Shown: positions 30,252-40,041, counted from the first letter of the whole stretch. The stretch is DNA of 62,320 bases, filler included, from 4 parts of 4 records of this genome joined end to end with filler, not necessarily neighbours in it; one strand, 5' to 3'. Numbers and translations are program-made. Notes: generated by a model not told the origin, from the sequence alone.

Positions 30252-31316
30252 ATGCTTATGACCCGACCCAGTTTCGACACGCTCTATGAAGCGCTTCTGA
30301 ACCGTGATCCGTCCTACGACGGACGCGTTTTTGTCTGTGTAGCTTCTACCGGAATTTTCTGCCGGCTTACCTGCCCGGCGCGCAAGCCGAAGCGGGAGAA
30401 CTGCAACTTCCATGACACCGTGTCCGAATGTTTTGACGCCGGCTTCCGCCCTTGCAAGCGCTGCCGTCCGACCACGCCGGAGGCCACTGCCGACCCGGTG
30501 GTGAAACCGTTGATCGAGGCACTGGAAAAGCGTCCATCCTACCGCTGGGGTGAACCGGATCTCGTGCGCATGGGGTTCGACCCTTCAACGGTGCGCCGGG
30601 CCTTCAAGCGGCATTTCGGCATGACCTTTCTGGAAATGGCGCGCCAGCGGCGCCTGCAGGAAGGGTTCTCGACGCTAGCCGACGGCGGCAAGGTGATCGA
30701 TGCGCAGATCACGGCCGGGTTCGACTCGCCGAGCGCGTTTCGCGAAGCCTTTGCCAGGATTCTTGGCCAGTCTCCCGGGGTCTTTTCCGCCAAGCCCCTG
30801 CTTTTTGCCGACTGGGTGGCATCGCCGCTCGGTCCGCTGATTGCCGTCACCGACAGGACCCAGCTGCATCTGTTGGAATTTCTCGACCGAAAGGCCTTTC
30901 CGAGAGAGTTCAGGAAGCTGCAGACCTACGCCAAGGGTGAGATCGGCTTTGGGCGAACGGAGGTCACCGACCAGATCCAGGGAGAACTCGATCGTTTCTT
31001 TGCCGGAACCGGCGGTCAATTCCAGACAAGGCTTGCCCTTCACGGTTCTGCCTTCACGCGGGATGTCTGGCGCGAACTGCTGACCATTCCGCCTGGCGAG
31101 ACACGCAGCTATTCCGAACTGGCAAGGGCGCTGGGGAGGCCGGAAGCTGTGCGGGCGGTTGCCCGGGCCAATGGCGCCAACCAACTGGCTCTCGTCGTGC
31201 CGTGCCACCGGGTCATCGGCGCGGACGGCTCCCTCACCGGGTATGGTGGGGGGCTCTGGCGCAAGCAACGCCTGATCGAACTGGAGCAGAGCTACCGGCA
31301 GACCCCTGCTGCTTGA
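30252..31316 (+). CDS. ada: Bifunctional transcriptional activator / O6-methylguanine-DNA methyltransferase Ada
   Basis: Zn-binding GIFCRLTC...RPCKRC, AraC-type HTH and C-terminal PCHRV. Confidence 0.95.
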   Translation: MLMTRPSFDTLYEALLNRDPSYDGRVFVCVASTGIFCRLTCPARKPKRENCNFHDTVSECFDAGFRPCKRCRPTTPEATADPVVKPLIEALEKRPSYRWGEPDLVRMGFDPSTVRRAFKRHFGMTFLEMARQRRLQEGFSTLADGGKVIDAQITAGFDSPSAFREAFARILGQSPGVFSAKPLLFADWVASPLGPLIAVTDRTQLHLLEFLDRKAFPREFRKLQTYAKGEIGFGRTEVTDQIQGELDRFFAGTGGQFQTRLALHGSAFTRDVWRELLTIPPGETRSYSELARALGRPEAVRAVARANGANQLALVVPCHRVIGADGSLTGYGGGLWRKQRLIELEQSYRQTPAA

Positions 31317-31351
31317 CGGTGCTCGCCTTGCCCTCGTTTTGGTTCGGCGTG

Positions 31352-32470
31352 TTAGCGGTCGAAGCGGACTGGCACCTGCATGTTCATGCGCGCAACACGA
31401 ATATCACCCGGAAACTTGGGCATGGGCGAAGCCCTGCGCACCATGTCGAGTGCGGCCTGGTCCAGCACCGGGTGCCCGGAAGACCGGGTCACGCGAATAC
31501 CGGAAACAGCACCGTTGGATGAAATCGTGAAGCCGACACTCACCGTTCCCTCCAGTCTTTGACGTTTCGCTTCACGGGGATAACGTTTTGCGCGGCGCAG
31601 TTTGGCCACAACCTTGCCCTGATAATTGGACGTTGCTTTGGTGCCGCCATCCTTGGTACGGGCATCCGCCCGGCCATTGGTGCTGGATTTCGCGCTCTGG
31701 CTGGTGACGCGTTCACCACCCTTTCGGGCGCTGGTTTCCGCACCCTTCCTCTGCGCTTTCACAACCTTCCTGGGTTTTTCCTGCTCTTCGACCTTGGGAG
31801 CTTCCGCATTTCGCACTGGCGGCTTGGGCTTGCGGTTCGGTGTCTGCGTGACCTCGGCCAGCGGATCGGCAACTGGCTGTTGCACTTCGGTTTGCGGGTC
31901 CACCGGCTGCACTGTCTCAATCGGTGCGGCTGGCTCTACCCGGGCAACTTCGACAGGTTTTTGCTCCGGTGCCGGCTCGACTGGGTCGACCGGCTTGACC
32001 GGTTCCGGTGTGACACTGCCCTGCAACGTTTCGGACGCCGTCGCCACCTCCGGCGTTGTCGCCGGCGCTTTCACCGGTTCCAGTGAAGTAACGCCTGCGA
32101 CCATCGGAACGGACGGAACAGGTTCTGAAGCTGGCGTGTCAGGCACAGCCTCGGCAACGGCCGGGCTTGGCTGGACCTCGACCGGTTTTACTGGCGTGCC
32201 GGACCGCACCTCGGGCTTTGCGGTGTTCACCTGCACTTCTTCGACTGGCTCTACGTCCGGCTTCACGTCCTCGACAGGCTGAGGATCGACGACGGCATCC
32301 ACTTGTGCTCCGGCTACAAGATCCTCGATGGACCCGATCACCGAAACGCCGCCGCCTTCAGAAGCTGCAATGGAGATCTCATTCGGATCTTTCGCGAAAA
32401 AGGCGGCGCCGGTGCCGTGCAGCACCAGAGAAAGGATGGCCCCGGCAGCCAGGAAACGCGCGAAACTCAC
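31352..32470 (-). CDS. tonB: TonB family energy transducer
   Basis: TM anchor with SLVLH, Pro/Glu-rich linker and C-terminal YPREAKRQRLEG...SSGHPVLDQAA. Confidence 0.92.
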   Translation of the reverse strand: MSFARFLAAGAILSLVLHGTGAAFFAKDPNEISIAASEGGGVSVIGSIEDLVAGAQVDAVVDPQPVEDVKPDVEPVEEVQVNTAKPEVRSGTPVKPVEVQPSPAVAEAVPDTPASEPVPSVPMVAGVTSLEPVKAPATTPEVATASETLQGSVTPEPVKPVDPVEPAPEQKPVEVARVEPAAPIETVQPVDPQTEVQQPVADPLAEVTQTPNRKPKPPVRNAEAPKVEEQEKPRKVVKAQRKGAETSARKGGERVTSQSAKSSTNGRADARTKDGGTKATSNYQGKVVAKLRRAKRYPREAKRQRLEGTVSVGFTISSNGAVSGIRVTRSSGHPVLDQAALDMVRRASPMPKFPGDIRVARMNMQVPVRFDR

Positions 32471-32865
32471 TTCGAGCCTCTTCTTGTTATGAGCACGATG
32501 TCGGTGCGTCCGGCATCCTTCAACTCGCGCAACACCTTTTCCAGGGCGTCCGCCTTCAGCGTGCCGTCCGCAGCCACCTTGATCGGACCGTCTGTGCCGC
32601 CTGGCTCATCCTGCTGCGCAAGCCAGTCGGCAACGCCGACTTCGGCCTCTCCGGCAAAGGTGCGGCCTTGCGGGTCAACAATGAGTGCGCCGGTAGACCG
32701 GATGGTCTCGTCTTCCAGTATGTTCAGCGGCGGTTCGATTTTCCTGGCATCGTCCCGGGCAACCGACCCTGCAAACAGGAAGAAGATCAGCATCAGGAAA
32801 ACGACGTTGATCAGCGGAATGGTGTTTTCCGGCGGTTCGCGGCGCTGTGGGGATTTCGTGCGCAT
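32467..32865 (-). CDS. exbD: ExbD/TolR family protein (Asn at the conserved TM Asp)
   Basis: NTIPLINVVFLMLIFFL TM segment and IKVAAD periplasmic motif. Confidence 0.88.
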   Translation of the reverse strand: MRTKSPQRREPPENTIPLINVVFLMLIFFLFAGSVARDDARKIEPPLNILEDETIRSTGALIVDPQGRTFAGEAEVGVADWLAQQDEPGGTDGPIKVAADGTLKADALEKVLRELKDAGRTDIVLITRRGSK

Positions 32866-32873
32866 GAGGTCAC

Positions 32874-33248
32874 CTATTGTCCCGTCACCAGAACGCTCTT
32901 CAGCCCGCTTCTGCGAACCTCGGACATGACATCAACCACGTCCTGGACGTTTGCATCCGGGCCGGACCAGATCGCGACGACACTGTTTTCCTTGAGCGCG
33001 GAAAACAGTTCCGCCATGTCCGCCTTCATCAGGGGGCGGCCATTCAGGTCCAGCTTTTCCGACGTGTGAATACGCAGGTAGGCGGGCCTTTCCGCCGCGC
33101 CGCCACCTTCAGCACCGCTGGAAATGTCCAGCGACTGGTACCGTGTGAAGCTGGACGCCAGCATGAAGAACAGCAGCAGCAGGAAGATGACGTCGATCAG
33201 CGAGGTCAGGCCGACGGGCTTGCGCCGCACTCTTGCTTTAAACTGCAT
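32874..33248 (-). CDS. exbD: ExbD/TolR family protein
   Basis: LTSLIDVIFLLLLFFM with the conserved Asp; ATG at 33248 overlaps the end of exbB. Confidence 0.9.
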   Translation of the reverse strand: MQFKARVRRKPVGLTSLIDVIFLLLLFFMLASSFTRYQSLDISSGAEGGGAAERPAYLRIHTSEKLDLNGRPLMKADMAELFSALKENSVVAIWSGPDANVQDVVDVMSEVRRSGLKSVLVTGQ

Positions 33249-33951
33249 GCCTCGTCTCCGAAGCCTCCAGGGCCACGATCCGGGCCGCACCGCGTTCGGC
33301 GATCGCCCCGGTGAAGAACGCCGTGACCAGCGCTTCCATCTCGGATTGCTCCGCCTCGATACGGCTGTCGAACCAGCCGACAATGGCCGACACGGGTATC
33401 GCGACCGAAAGGCCGACGGCGGTTGTCAGCAAGGCTACCCAAATACCGCCGGCCAGAACGGAAGGGTCCACCGCCGCGCCGGCGCCCTGCATGGCCTGAA
33501 AGGCCTCGATCATGCCGAGTACGGTCCCCAGAAGGCCGATCAGCGGTGCTGTCTGCGCGATCATGTCGAGCGGGCGAAGGTATGCCCTCAGCGTGTTGAT
33601 CCGCTGAATGCAGATCCGCTCGACGTCCTCTTTCAGAAGCTCGGTCCTGGTTTCGCTGCGAGCGCTGCCCTGCACGAGCTTCAGCATGATGTCGGCAACC
33701 ACGGATTTTCCGCTGGCTGCTATCGTTTTCGCTTCCTGAGGCCGGCCGTCCAGCCAAAGGTCCAGCGCCTTGCGGGCAGTACCGAAACGGCCGACACCCA
33801 GATACAGGAACTGCAGCAGCTTGGCGGCAATCAGCGCTGCCGCCACCAGGGAAAGGGCAAGCAGGAACAACACCACCGGGCCGCCCTGATCGACGAGGCC
33901 GGTCAACGGAGACAGGAAGTGCGGCAGGGCCGCGGTAGGGACATCAGGCAT
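33238..33951 (-). CDS. exbB: MotA/TolQ/ExbB proton channel protein
   Basis: APLIGLLGTVLGMI and LAGGIWVALLTTAVGL signatures. Confidence 0.94.
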   Translation of the reverse strand: MPDVPTAALPHFLSPLTGLVDQGGPVVLFLLALSLVAAALIAAKLLQFLYLGVGRFGTARKALDLWLDGRPQEAKTIAASGKSVVADIMLKLVQGSARSETRTELLKEDVERICIQRINTLRAYLRPLDMIAQTAPLIGLLGTVLGMIEAFQAMQGAGAAVDPSVLAGGIWVALLTTAVGLSVAIPVSAIVGWFDSRIEAEQSEMEALVTAFFTGAIAERGAARIVALEASETRHAV

Positions 33952-33973
33952 TTTGATCACGCTTGGGTTTTCA

Positions 33974-34453
33974 TCAGAGGATCAGGTCGATTTCCGACCG
34001 CGAGTCGATCCGCAGCAGCGGCAGGCAGTCCTGTTGGGCGGTGTCCTGAAGGTCACAGGCGCGCACCTCGTTCACAAGGACGCGAGAGATTCCGGTACAG
34101 TCTCCCTTGGCAACGTCATATTGCCGGACACGCGTCTTGCCGGTGGGGAGATCGCCGAAGTCGATCGCGGCATAGCCGGAAACGCCGTCGGACGTGTCGA
34201 ACATCACCAGGTCGAGGCCAAGGGCGTTGACGGGTGTTGGCAAGGTGTTGCGGATGACGAAGGTCAACCGGCAGGACCCGTCGACCGTCTCCGCATCGTT
34301 CAACTGGACGGAGATCGCTTCGCTTGTCTTGGAGGCGGTTTGGGACGCTGCCTGAGACGCCGATTGCGCGTTGGCTGCGGCAGCAAACTGACTGCTCAGC
34401 ATCAAGGCGAGCGCAACCGCCCGAACCGGCGCCGAAACCAAAGATCTCTTCAT
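33974..34453 (-). CDS. Small secreted hypothetical protein with four Cys, first gene of the exbBD-tonB operon
   Basis: Signal peptide, then CRLTFV, TRVRQYDV...C...VLVNEVRAC...C; ATG at 34453 after GAAGGG. Confidence 0.8.
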   Translation of the reverse strand: MKRSLVSAPVRAVALALMLSSQFAAAANAQSASQAASQTASKTSEAISVQLNDAETVDGSCRLTFVIRNTLPTPVNALGLDLVMFDTSDGVSGYAAIDFGDLPTGKTRVRQYDVAKGDCTGISRVLVNEVRACDLQDTAQQDCLPLLRIDSRSEIDLIL

Positions 34454-34754
34454 CCCTTCGCTCTCCCGTAGCGGCTCGCGGCCTGGCTCCGGAAAAGAAC
34501 TCCGACCGCGCGCCATTCGAGTTAAAGACTTGTCTCCAGGGCAGCACGTGGGTGGCTTCGGCGAAGCCGGATGGAGGTATGAATCCGCGAAAAGGGCTGT
34601 CCCGTCGGGACGCACGAAACGCACGATTGGCTTTCAGAACTGCTGGAGATTTTTGAAGGCTGAGGCGGTCTGCGCGATCATCATCAAGACCGTCGCTGCC
34701 CTGGCTAATCGATCTTTACACCGAAAGCAGCGGGTGAGGGAACCGGTCCGGATT

Positions 34755-34785
34755 AAAAAAGTTGAATTTTTAGTTCAGAATTTAA
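34755..34785. promoter_or_regulatory. Candidate RirA iron-responsive operator (IRO)
   Basis: TGA-atttttagt-TCA (34763-34777) fits TGA-N9-TCA, in an AT-rich island upstream of the exbBD-tonB operon. Confidence 0.6.
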
Positions 34786-35240
34786 ACGGGTCACCGGCGA
34801 TGCCGGGACACAGACCATTTCAGCGCCTGCCAGGCGAGCCCACGGGCCGCAGACTTGCCGTCCTGAAGTACCTTTCAGAGCACTCGTCAGAAGACAGGTA
34901 AGATGAAGGTCGTTGGAATGGAGAGCGCTTGTGGACGCAGCTAAACCCGATCGAAGCACGCAAGCCGCCAGTTCGCTGCTGACCCTTGGCGGATAAGCCG
35001 TTGCCAGTCATCCGTTGTCTTCGATCGCCGAAATGACTGAAAGCAAACCAAGTCTGTCTCTCTCGAGAGAGACGGCATTGCGGGAAGCGTCAAATCTCTT
35101 CTCGTTATACCCAAATTGAAAGAGAGTGGATTTACAGGTCACATTTAGAGTTTATCTTGCGGCGAACCAAAAATATTCGCCCAAATGGCCTGCGTTCAAT
35201 CCGGGTCGGTTTCAATGGGCATATCAGCAAAGGGAGCGGC

Positions 35241-36377
35241 ATGCCTCTGATCAATTACGTAACCCGGGTCCAGTTCGGTTTTGGCGAGCTTGCCACGTTG
35301 AAGGAGGAACTGGCGCTCGCCGGAATTTCGCGCCCGCTCGTAGTGACGGACAAGGGCGTGCGCGGGCTCGGATTTCTCGACAAGATTGAAGCCGTCCTCG
35401 GCAAGGAGCTGGCAGGCGTTTACGACGAGACCCCCGGCAACCCGAATGAGGCGGCCGTCCGTGTCGCGACTGACTTGTTCAAAGAGGTTGAAGCCGACGG
35501 AATTATTGCCATTGGTGGCGGATCGGCGATCGATCTTGCAAAGGCAGTTGCCATCCTTGCCGCACATGGCGGCGCCCTGAAGACCTATGCGGTCATCGAG
35601 GGTGGCCTGCAAAAAATCACGGCCAAGACCTGGCCAACCATCGCCATTCCGACAACGTCAGGCACCGGTAGCGAAGTTGGACGCGGGGCGATTGTGATAC
35701 TGGACGATGGCCGAAAAGTCGGCTTGCTGTCTCCATTCCTTGTTCCGAAAGCCGCTATTGTCGATCCGGAATTGACCATGACGCTGCCGCCCGTTTTGAC
35801 TGCAGCCACCGGAATGGACGCTATCTCGCACTGCATCGAGACCTATCTTGCCCCGTCCTTCAATCCGCCGGCAGACGGCATCGCACTTGAAGGACTGCGC
35901 CGCGCCTGGGCGAATATCCGCAAGGCGACGGAAACACCGGATGACAAGGACGCCCGCGCCAACATGGCAATCGCCGCAACCATGGGCGCCATGGCCTTCC
36001 AAAAAGGGCTGGGCTGTGTGCACAGCCTCAGTCATGCGCTCGGCGGGCTCAATCCGAAGCTGCACCACGGCACCTTGAACGCGGTGTTCATGCCTGCGGT
36101 TCTGGAATTCAACAAGGCGGCCCCGACATCCGTCAACGAGAACAAGTATGCCCGGATGGCCGATGCCATGGGGCTGGCAACCGGAACGGATATCGGAGCG
36201 GTCATCAAGGAGATGACGGCGGCCATCGGGTTGCCCGTCAGCCTGTCGGAGCTGGGTGTTTCCGAAAATCTCTTCGACCGCATCATTCAGGGTGCCTTGG
36301 CCGACCACAGCCACAAGACCAACCCCATTGACGCAACCGCCGACGACTATCTCAGGATGCTGCAAGCTTCTTATTGA
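35241..36377 (+). CDS. Iron-containing alcohol dehydrogenase (4-hydroxybutyrate dehydrogenase-like)
   Basis: GGGSAID, PTTSGTGSE, DAISHCIE, HSLSH and HHG motifs; ATG at 35241 after AGGGAG. Confidence 0.93.
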   Translation: MPLINYVTRVQFGFGELATLKEELALAGISRPLVVTDKGVRGLGFLDKIEAVLGKELAGVYDETPGNPNEAAVRVATDLFKEVEADGIIAIGGGSAIDLAKAVAILAAHGGALKTYAVIEGGLQKITAKTWPTIAIPTTSGTGSEVGRGAIVILDDGRKVGLLSPFLVPKAAIVDPELTMTLPPVLTAATGMDAISHCIETYLAPSFNPPADGIALEGLRRAWANIRKATETPDDKDARANMAIAATMGAMAFQKGLGCVHSLSHALGGLNPKLHHGTLNAVFMPAVLEFNKAAPTSVNENKYARMADAMGLATGTDIGAVIKEMTAAIGLPVSLSELGVSENLFDRIIQGALADHSHKTNPIDATADDYLRMLQASY

Positions 36378-36730
36378 CAGCGGGTGTTGGGACCGTCTCT
36401 GAAACTCCCTTGAGCGATCTCCGGACCACAGCACCGCCCGGAACCGATGTGTCGGTGTTTATGGAAGCTGGTGGTCCGGAATGCGTCCCCATTTTGGACG
36501 TTCGTCGGCTTTCCGTTTGCTCCCAAAAGCCATCATTCATCGCATACGGATTGAACTCACAAGTTGGGCGTGGAATGACCGTTCATTTCGCGTCGGGTGA
36601 AGGTGTTATGGGTAGGACCTTCTAAACCTCTCCAGGTGCGCTATTTTCAAAGGCAGGGAGTTACCGACAATGCGCGGATCACATATATTGGTCTGAAGCA
36701 TGAGCGACCAGAAAGAGACCGGAGACTGAT

Positions 36731-37588
36731 GTGTCACCAAGTAAGGGCCGCGTTGAAAGACTGATTGATAGGATAGGCGCAGAATTTCAGTCTCATCTCA
36801 TCGACTTGCGGAATACCTCCACAGTCTTTGATATTCAAGACGGCGCTGTTCAAAAGATGATCTCACGCGAAGCGCCATTTGGTGTCATTGGGATCAAGAT
36901 CCTGGTGCGCAATCCTGGAGACGTAAATCGTCTTTTTGAGCACCAATGGAATTTCAGTATTGGGATCACCGGATGTGAATTCACGCTTTTGGACGTCGAT
37001 TACCAGAACGACGTTTTGGTTGGTGATGCGAATTCAGCCGAATTCGTTGGGCACGAACACATTGCCTACAAGTCGGTTGAACACATGATTGCCTTTCATG
37101 GCGATGAGTTTGGCATAGGAAAGGTCTTCATCGAAAAAATTGGCACTTTCTGCCCCAGCCTGCTTGAAAAGCCACCATTGTTTTTTCGAATGCCGCGCAG
37201 GGCACCACCCGCCTACAGATACACAGAAGCACCCCAGGCCATTCGCGAGGAGGTGGGCCTATCGCTTGATGGCGGCATGCTTCTGATTGAGGCGATGATC
37301 AAAGAACATGGGATTGCCCCTTATACGATCCTTCTGTCCTTCCATTCTGACGAAAACTTCTGGCTGGTTGACCTCCCAGAAACGCTTGTCGACCGATACC
37401 AGCATGGCCTGATTGATCCGAGCCTTGGTGAACACCATTCAAATCTTGAGGTTGGGGTATCCATTACAGCGGAAGCCCTGAGGAACAGGGTTCGGCAGAA
37501 GCCAAACAGCGCTGAGCGTGATAACGACGTCTTTTTCTCCATGTCCGGAAGCGGTTCTGCGTCAGGCTATTTGAACGGATTGAATTGA
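36731..37588 (+). CDS. Hypothetical protein (285 aa), no recognisable domain
   Basis: Long ORF, visibly more AT-rich than its neighbours; start codon uncertain. Confidence 0.65.
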   Translation: MSPSKGRVERLIDRIGAEFQSHLIDLRNTSTVFDIQDGAVQKMISREAPFGVIGIKILVRNPGDVNRLFEHQWNFSIGITGCEFTLLDVDYQNDVLVGDANSAEFVGHEHIAYKSVEHMIAFHGDEFGIGKVFIEKIGTFCPSLLEKPPLFFRMPRRAPPAYRYTEAPQAIREEVGLSLDGGMLLIEAMIKEHGIAPYTILLSFHSDENFWLVDLPETLVDRYQHGLIDPSLGEHHSNLEVGVSITAEALRNRVRQKPNSAERDNDVFFSMSGSGSASGYLNGLN

Positions 37589-37864
37589 CTTTCTGTTGGC
37601 TGGGGTCATCTCAGTTGCAGTGAGAAGGCGCGCAATTCCCGACAACCTATTCTCTGACACGATCCGGACCTTGGCTGCGTGGCGCACCAATGTCCGCATT
37701 GTTAATCGCTGCGGCCATTACCCGACGGTCCGCTGGCGTTCATCGGTGGAACTGCATGCTGCGCGCCGGCCCGCCACACCACCCATCCACTGCTGCGTTA
37801 TCTACCTCACTTCCAAGGCCCACTTAGGGGACTTAGCTTCCATCTACATTGTCGCGGGCAACGT

Positions 37865-37964
37865 NNNNNNNNNNNNNNNNNNNNNNNNNNNNNNNNNNNN
37901 NNNNNNNNTTAATTAATTAANNNNNNNNNNNNNNNNNNNNNNNNNNNNNNNNNNNNNNNNNNNN
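37865..37964. other. Artificial contig linker
   Basis: N44-TTAATTAATTAA-N44. Confidence 0.99.
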
Positions 37965-38533
37965 CCGCCGGTGCAGAACATGGCAACTTTTTTGGGCTTT
38001 TTCAGCTCCTCGGCGTTGGCTTCGGCCCAGGCGGGGAATTCGCGGAAGGATTTGGTGTTGGGGTCCACTGCGCCCTTGAACGAGCCAATGGCCACCTCAT
38101 AGTCATTGCGGGTGTCGACCACCAGCACGTCCGGGTCATTGATCAGGTCATTCCACTCATGGGGCTTCACATAGGTGCCGACAATCTGGTTCGGGTCAAT
38201 GCCCGGCACCCCCATGGTGACAATCTCTTTCTTCAGTCGCACTTTCATGCGCGGAAAGGGTGCCTCGTTTGCCCAGCTTTCCTTGTGAACCAGCCCTTCA
38301 AACTCAGGCATGGCGCGCAGGTGCTTAAGCACGGCACGGATACCGCCCTCTGGTCCGGCGATGGTGCCGTTAATGCCTTCGGAGGCCAACAGGATGGTGC
38401 CCTTCACATTGTTTTCCACGCAAACAGCCTGAAGGGGGGCCTGCAGGTCGGTGTAATGCGGGATGGCGACAAACTTATACAGCGCGGCAACAAGATACGG
38501 CGCAGTTTCATTTGGCATTGATTGGCTCGGCAT
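37965..38533 (-). CDS. trhO: Rhodanese-domain tRNA uridine(34) hydroxylase (UPF0176), 3' truncated
   Basis: [35 protein letters not shown] and MFCTG motifs; start at 38533 or 38518. Confidence 0.92.
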
Positions 38534-38718
38534 GGCTGGTCTCGATACTGGTAAACCTGTTGAACGAATGCCCGTGTGGGCGGGGCGGGTTATACCCACG
38601 TGTTGTTCGCTTGTAAAATACCCAATTGCCGCATCAAGTGCAACTCACGGCATATGCCCGCCATACATCATGGCTGGACCAAAGCTCGCCCCAATGAACA
38701 TGGAGCAAAATCTGCAGA

Positions 38719-38820
38719 TGCAACGCACTCTCAGTTGCAGGTGTAATTGATAATAAGTCTTATGTAACAATATGTTACGGTAATATTTTACTTGGCGGAC
38801 GCGTAGTTTGTTGCTATAGG
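38719..38820 (+). promoter_or_regulatory. bfr promoter with upstream Fur-like palindromes
   Basis: TGCAAC-N9-GTTGCA (38719-38739), AATTGATAATAAG, GTAACA-ata-TGTTAC (38764-38778); -35 TTGGCG (38792), N17, -10 TATAGG (38815). Confidence 0.55.
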
Positions 38821-38868
38821 TTCGGCCAAGGCAATTTTTGTATTTAAGTAAGCGCGAAAGGACTACCC

Positions 38869-39348
38869 ATGAAGGGCGATAAAGACGTAATCAGACATTT
38901 GAATGTGATTCTAAAAAATGAACTGACAGCTATTAACCAGTATTTCCTGCATTCGCGCATGCTGAAAGACTGGGGCATGACCAAGCTGGGCGCACAGGAA
39001 TATGAAGAGTCCATCGACGAAATGAAACATGCTGACCAACTGGTTGAACGCATTTTGTTCCTGGAAGGTCTGCCAAACCTGCAAGACCTTGGCAAGCTGA
39101 TGATCGGCGAAGATGTGGCTGAAATTCTAGCCTGTGATCTGAAGATGGAACATATCGCGCATGTGGACCTGAAAGACGCCATCGAGCACTGCGAAAAAGT
39201 ACGCGACTATACCTCGCGTGATTTGCTATCCAACATTCTGGAAAGCGAAGAAGAGCATGTGGACTGGCTGGAAACCCAACTTTCCCTGCTGGATAAGATG
39301 GGCCTGCAAAACTATGTGCAGCTACAGTCCAGCCCCGATGCTGGGTAA
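38869..39348 (+). CDS. bfr: Bacterioferritin
   Basis: [27 protein letters not shown] (heme-ligand Met) and EEEHVDWLE ferroxidase residues. Confidence 0.98.
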   Translation: MKGDKDVIRHLNVILKNELTAINQYFLHSRMLKDWGMTKLGAQEYEESIDEMKHADQLVERILFLEGLPNLQDLGKLMIGEDVAEILACDLKMEHIAHVDLKDAIEHCEKVRDYTSRDLLSNILESEEEHVDWLETQLSLLDKMGLQNYVQLQSSPDAG

Positions 39349-39418
39349 CCCGCCAAATTAACCGCGCAGGGCAAGGCCCAAGGGACATTCCAGGCTAACA
39401 GCAGCCATCAAAAACATT

Positions 39419-39446
39419 AAAACGCCCCACAGATTCAGGGCGTTTT
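39419..39446. terminator. Bidirectional terminator between bfr and bfd
   Basis: AAAACGCCC-loop-GGGCGTTTT. Confidence 0.7.
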
Positions 39447-39513
39447 GCTACCGCGCCCAAAAATAGGCGTGCATTCTATCTTTATAAAATGTTTAGTGAA
39501 TTCGGCAGGCAGA

Positions 39514-39705
39514 CTATTCGGCGGCTAACACGCGCTGATGCGGTAATTCGGCAGCAACAATGTCATTGGCACAGTCTGCGCAGCTGCCGCAGCAAAAACC
39601 GTTACCCAAAGACAAATAGGCTTCTTCAGCGGTTTTAACGCCATTCTCGCGAACAGCGGTTTTTATCTCTTTGTCGGTATAACCGTTGCAAACACAAACG
39701 TACAT
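39514..39705 (-). CDS. bfd: Bacterioferritin-associated ferredoxin
   Basis: MYVCVCN...CCGSC [2Fe-2S] motif; ATG at 39705. Confidence 0.93.
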   Translation of the reverse strand: MYVCVCNGYTDKEIKTAVRENGVKTAEEAYLSLGNGFCCGSCADCANDIVAAELPHQRVLAAE

Positions 39706-39744
39706 TCGAGGCACTCGCCTAAGGGTTATTTCACAGTTCACAGT

Positions 39745-39771
39745 TAATATTGCGAACTGTTCTCAATATTA
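39745..39771. promoter_or_regulatory. Fur-type operator upstream of bfd
   Basis: 27-bp near-perfect palindrome TAATATTG-C-GAAC-T-GTTC-T-CAATATTA, 40 bp upstream of the bfd ATG. Confidence 0.8.
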
Positions 39772-40041
39772 GTAAGCGGCTTTTTGTGTAAGATCAAGTC
39801 TGTTTTGAAGGTTTTTCACATTATTCTGGGCAAAATTACACTCAATGGATGTTTTTTACTGCCTGAACATTTATTTTTCTGCATTAAGCCAGCGTGCAAA
39901 ACCAACAAAGGCTTGCGACGAAAACGAAGATTTGCCATGAAAATGTCAAAAACCGTTCCTATCTAGTAATGAACAAGATCTCAGCGGTGGTTAACACCGA
40001 CCGCAAAGCAGACACATATGAACGTCACGACTGGACCGTAA

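Noticed and set aside
34454..34900. Cobalamin riboswitch upstream of the TonB operon
   Set aside because: I could not find the AGGGAA...GCCCCCGCAACTGT core or the AGYCAGRAGACC B12 box on the coding strand.
31352..39771. Apparent iron island (tonB-exbBD plus bfr/bfd)
   Set aside because: The two parts lie on different contigs, probably from different organisms, and use different operator types.
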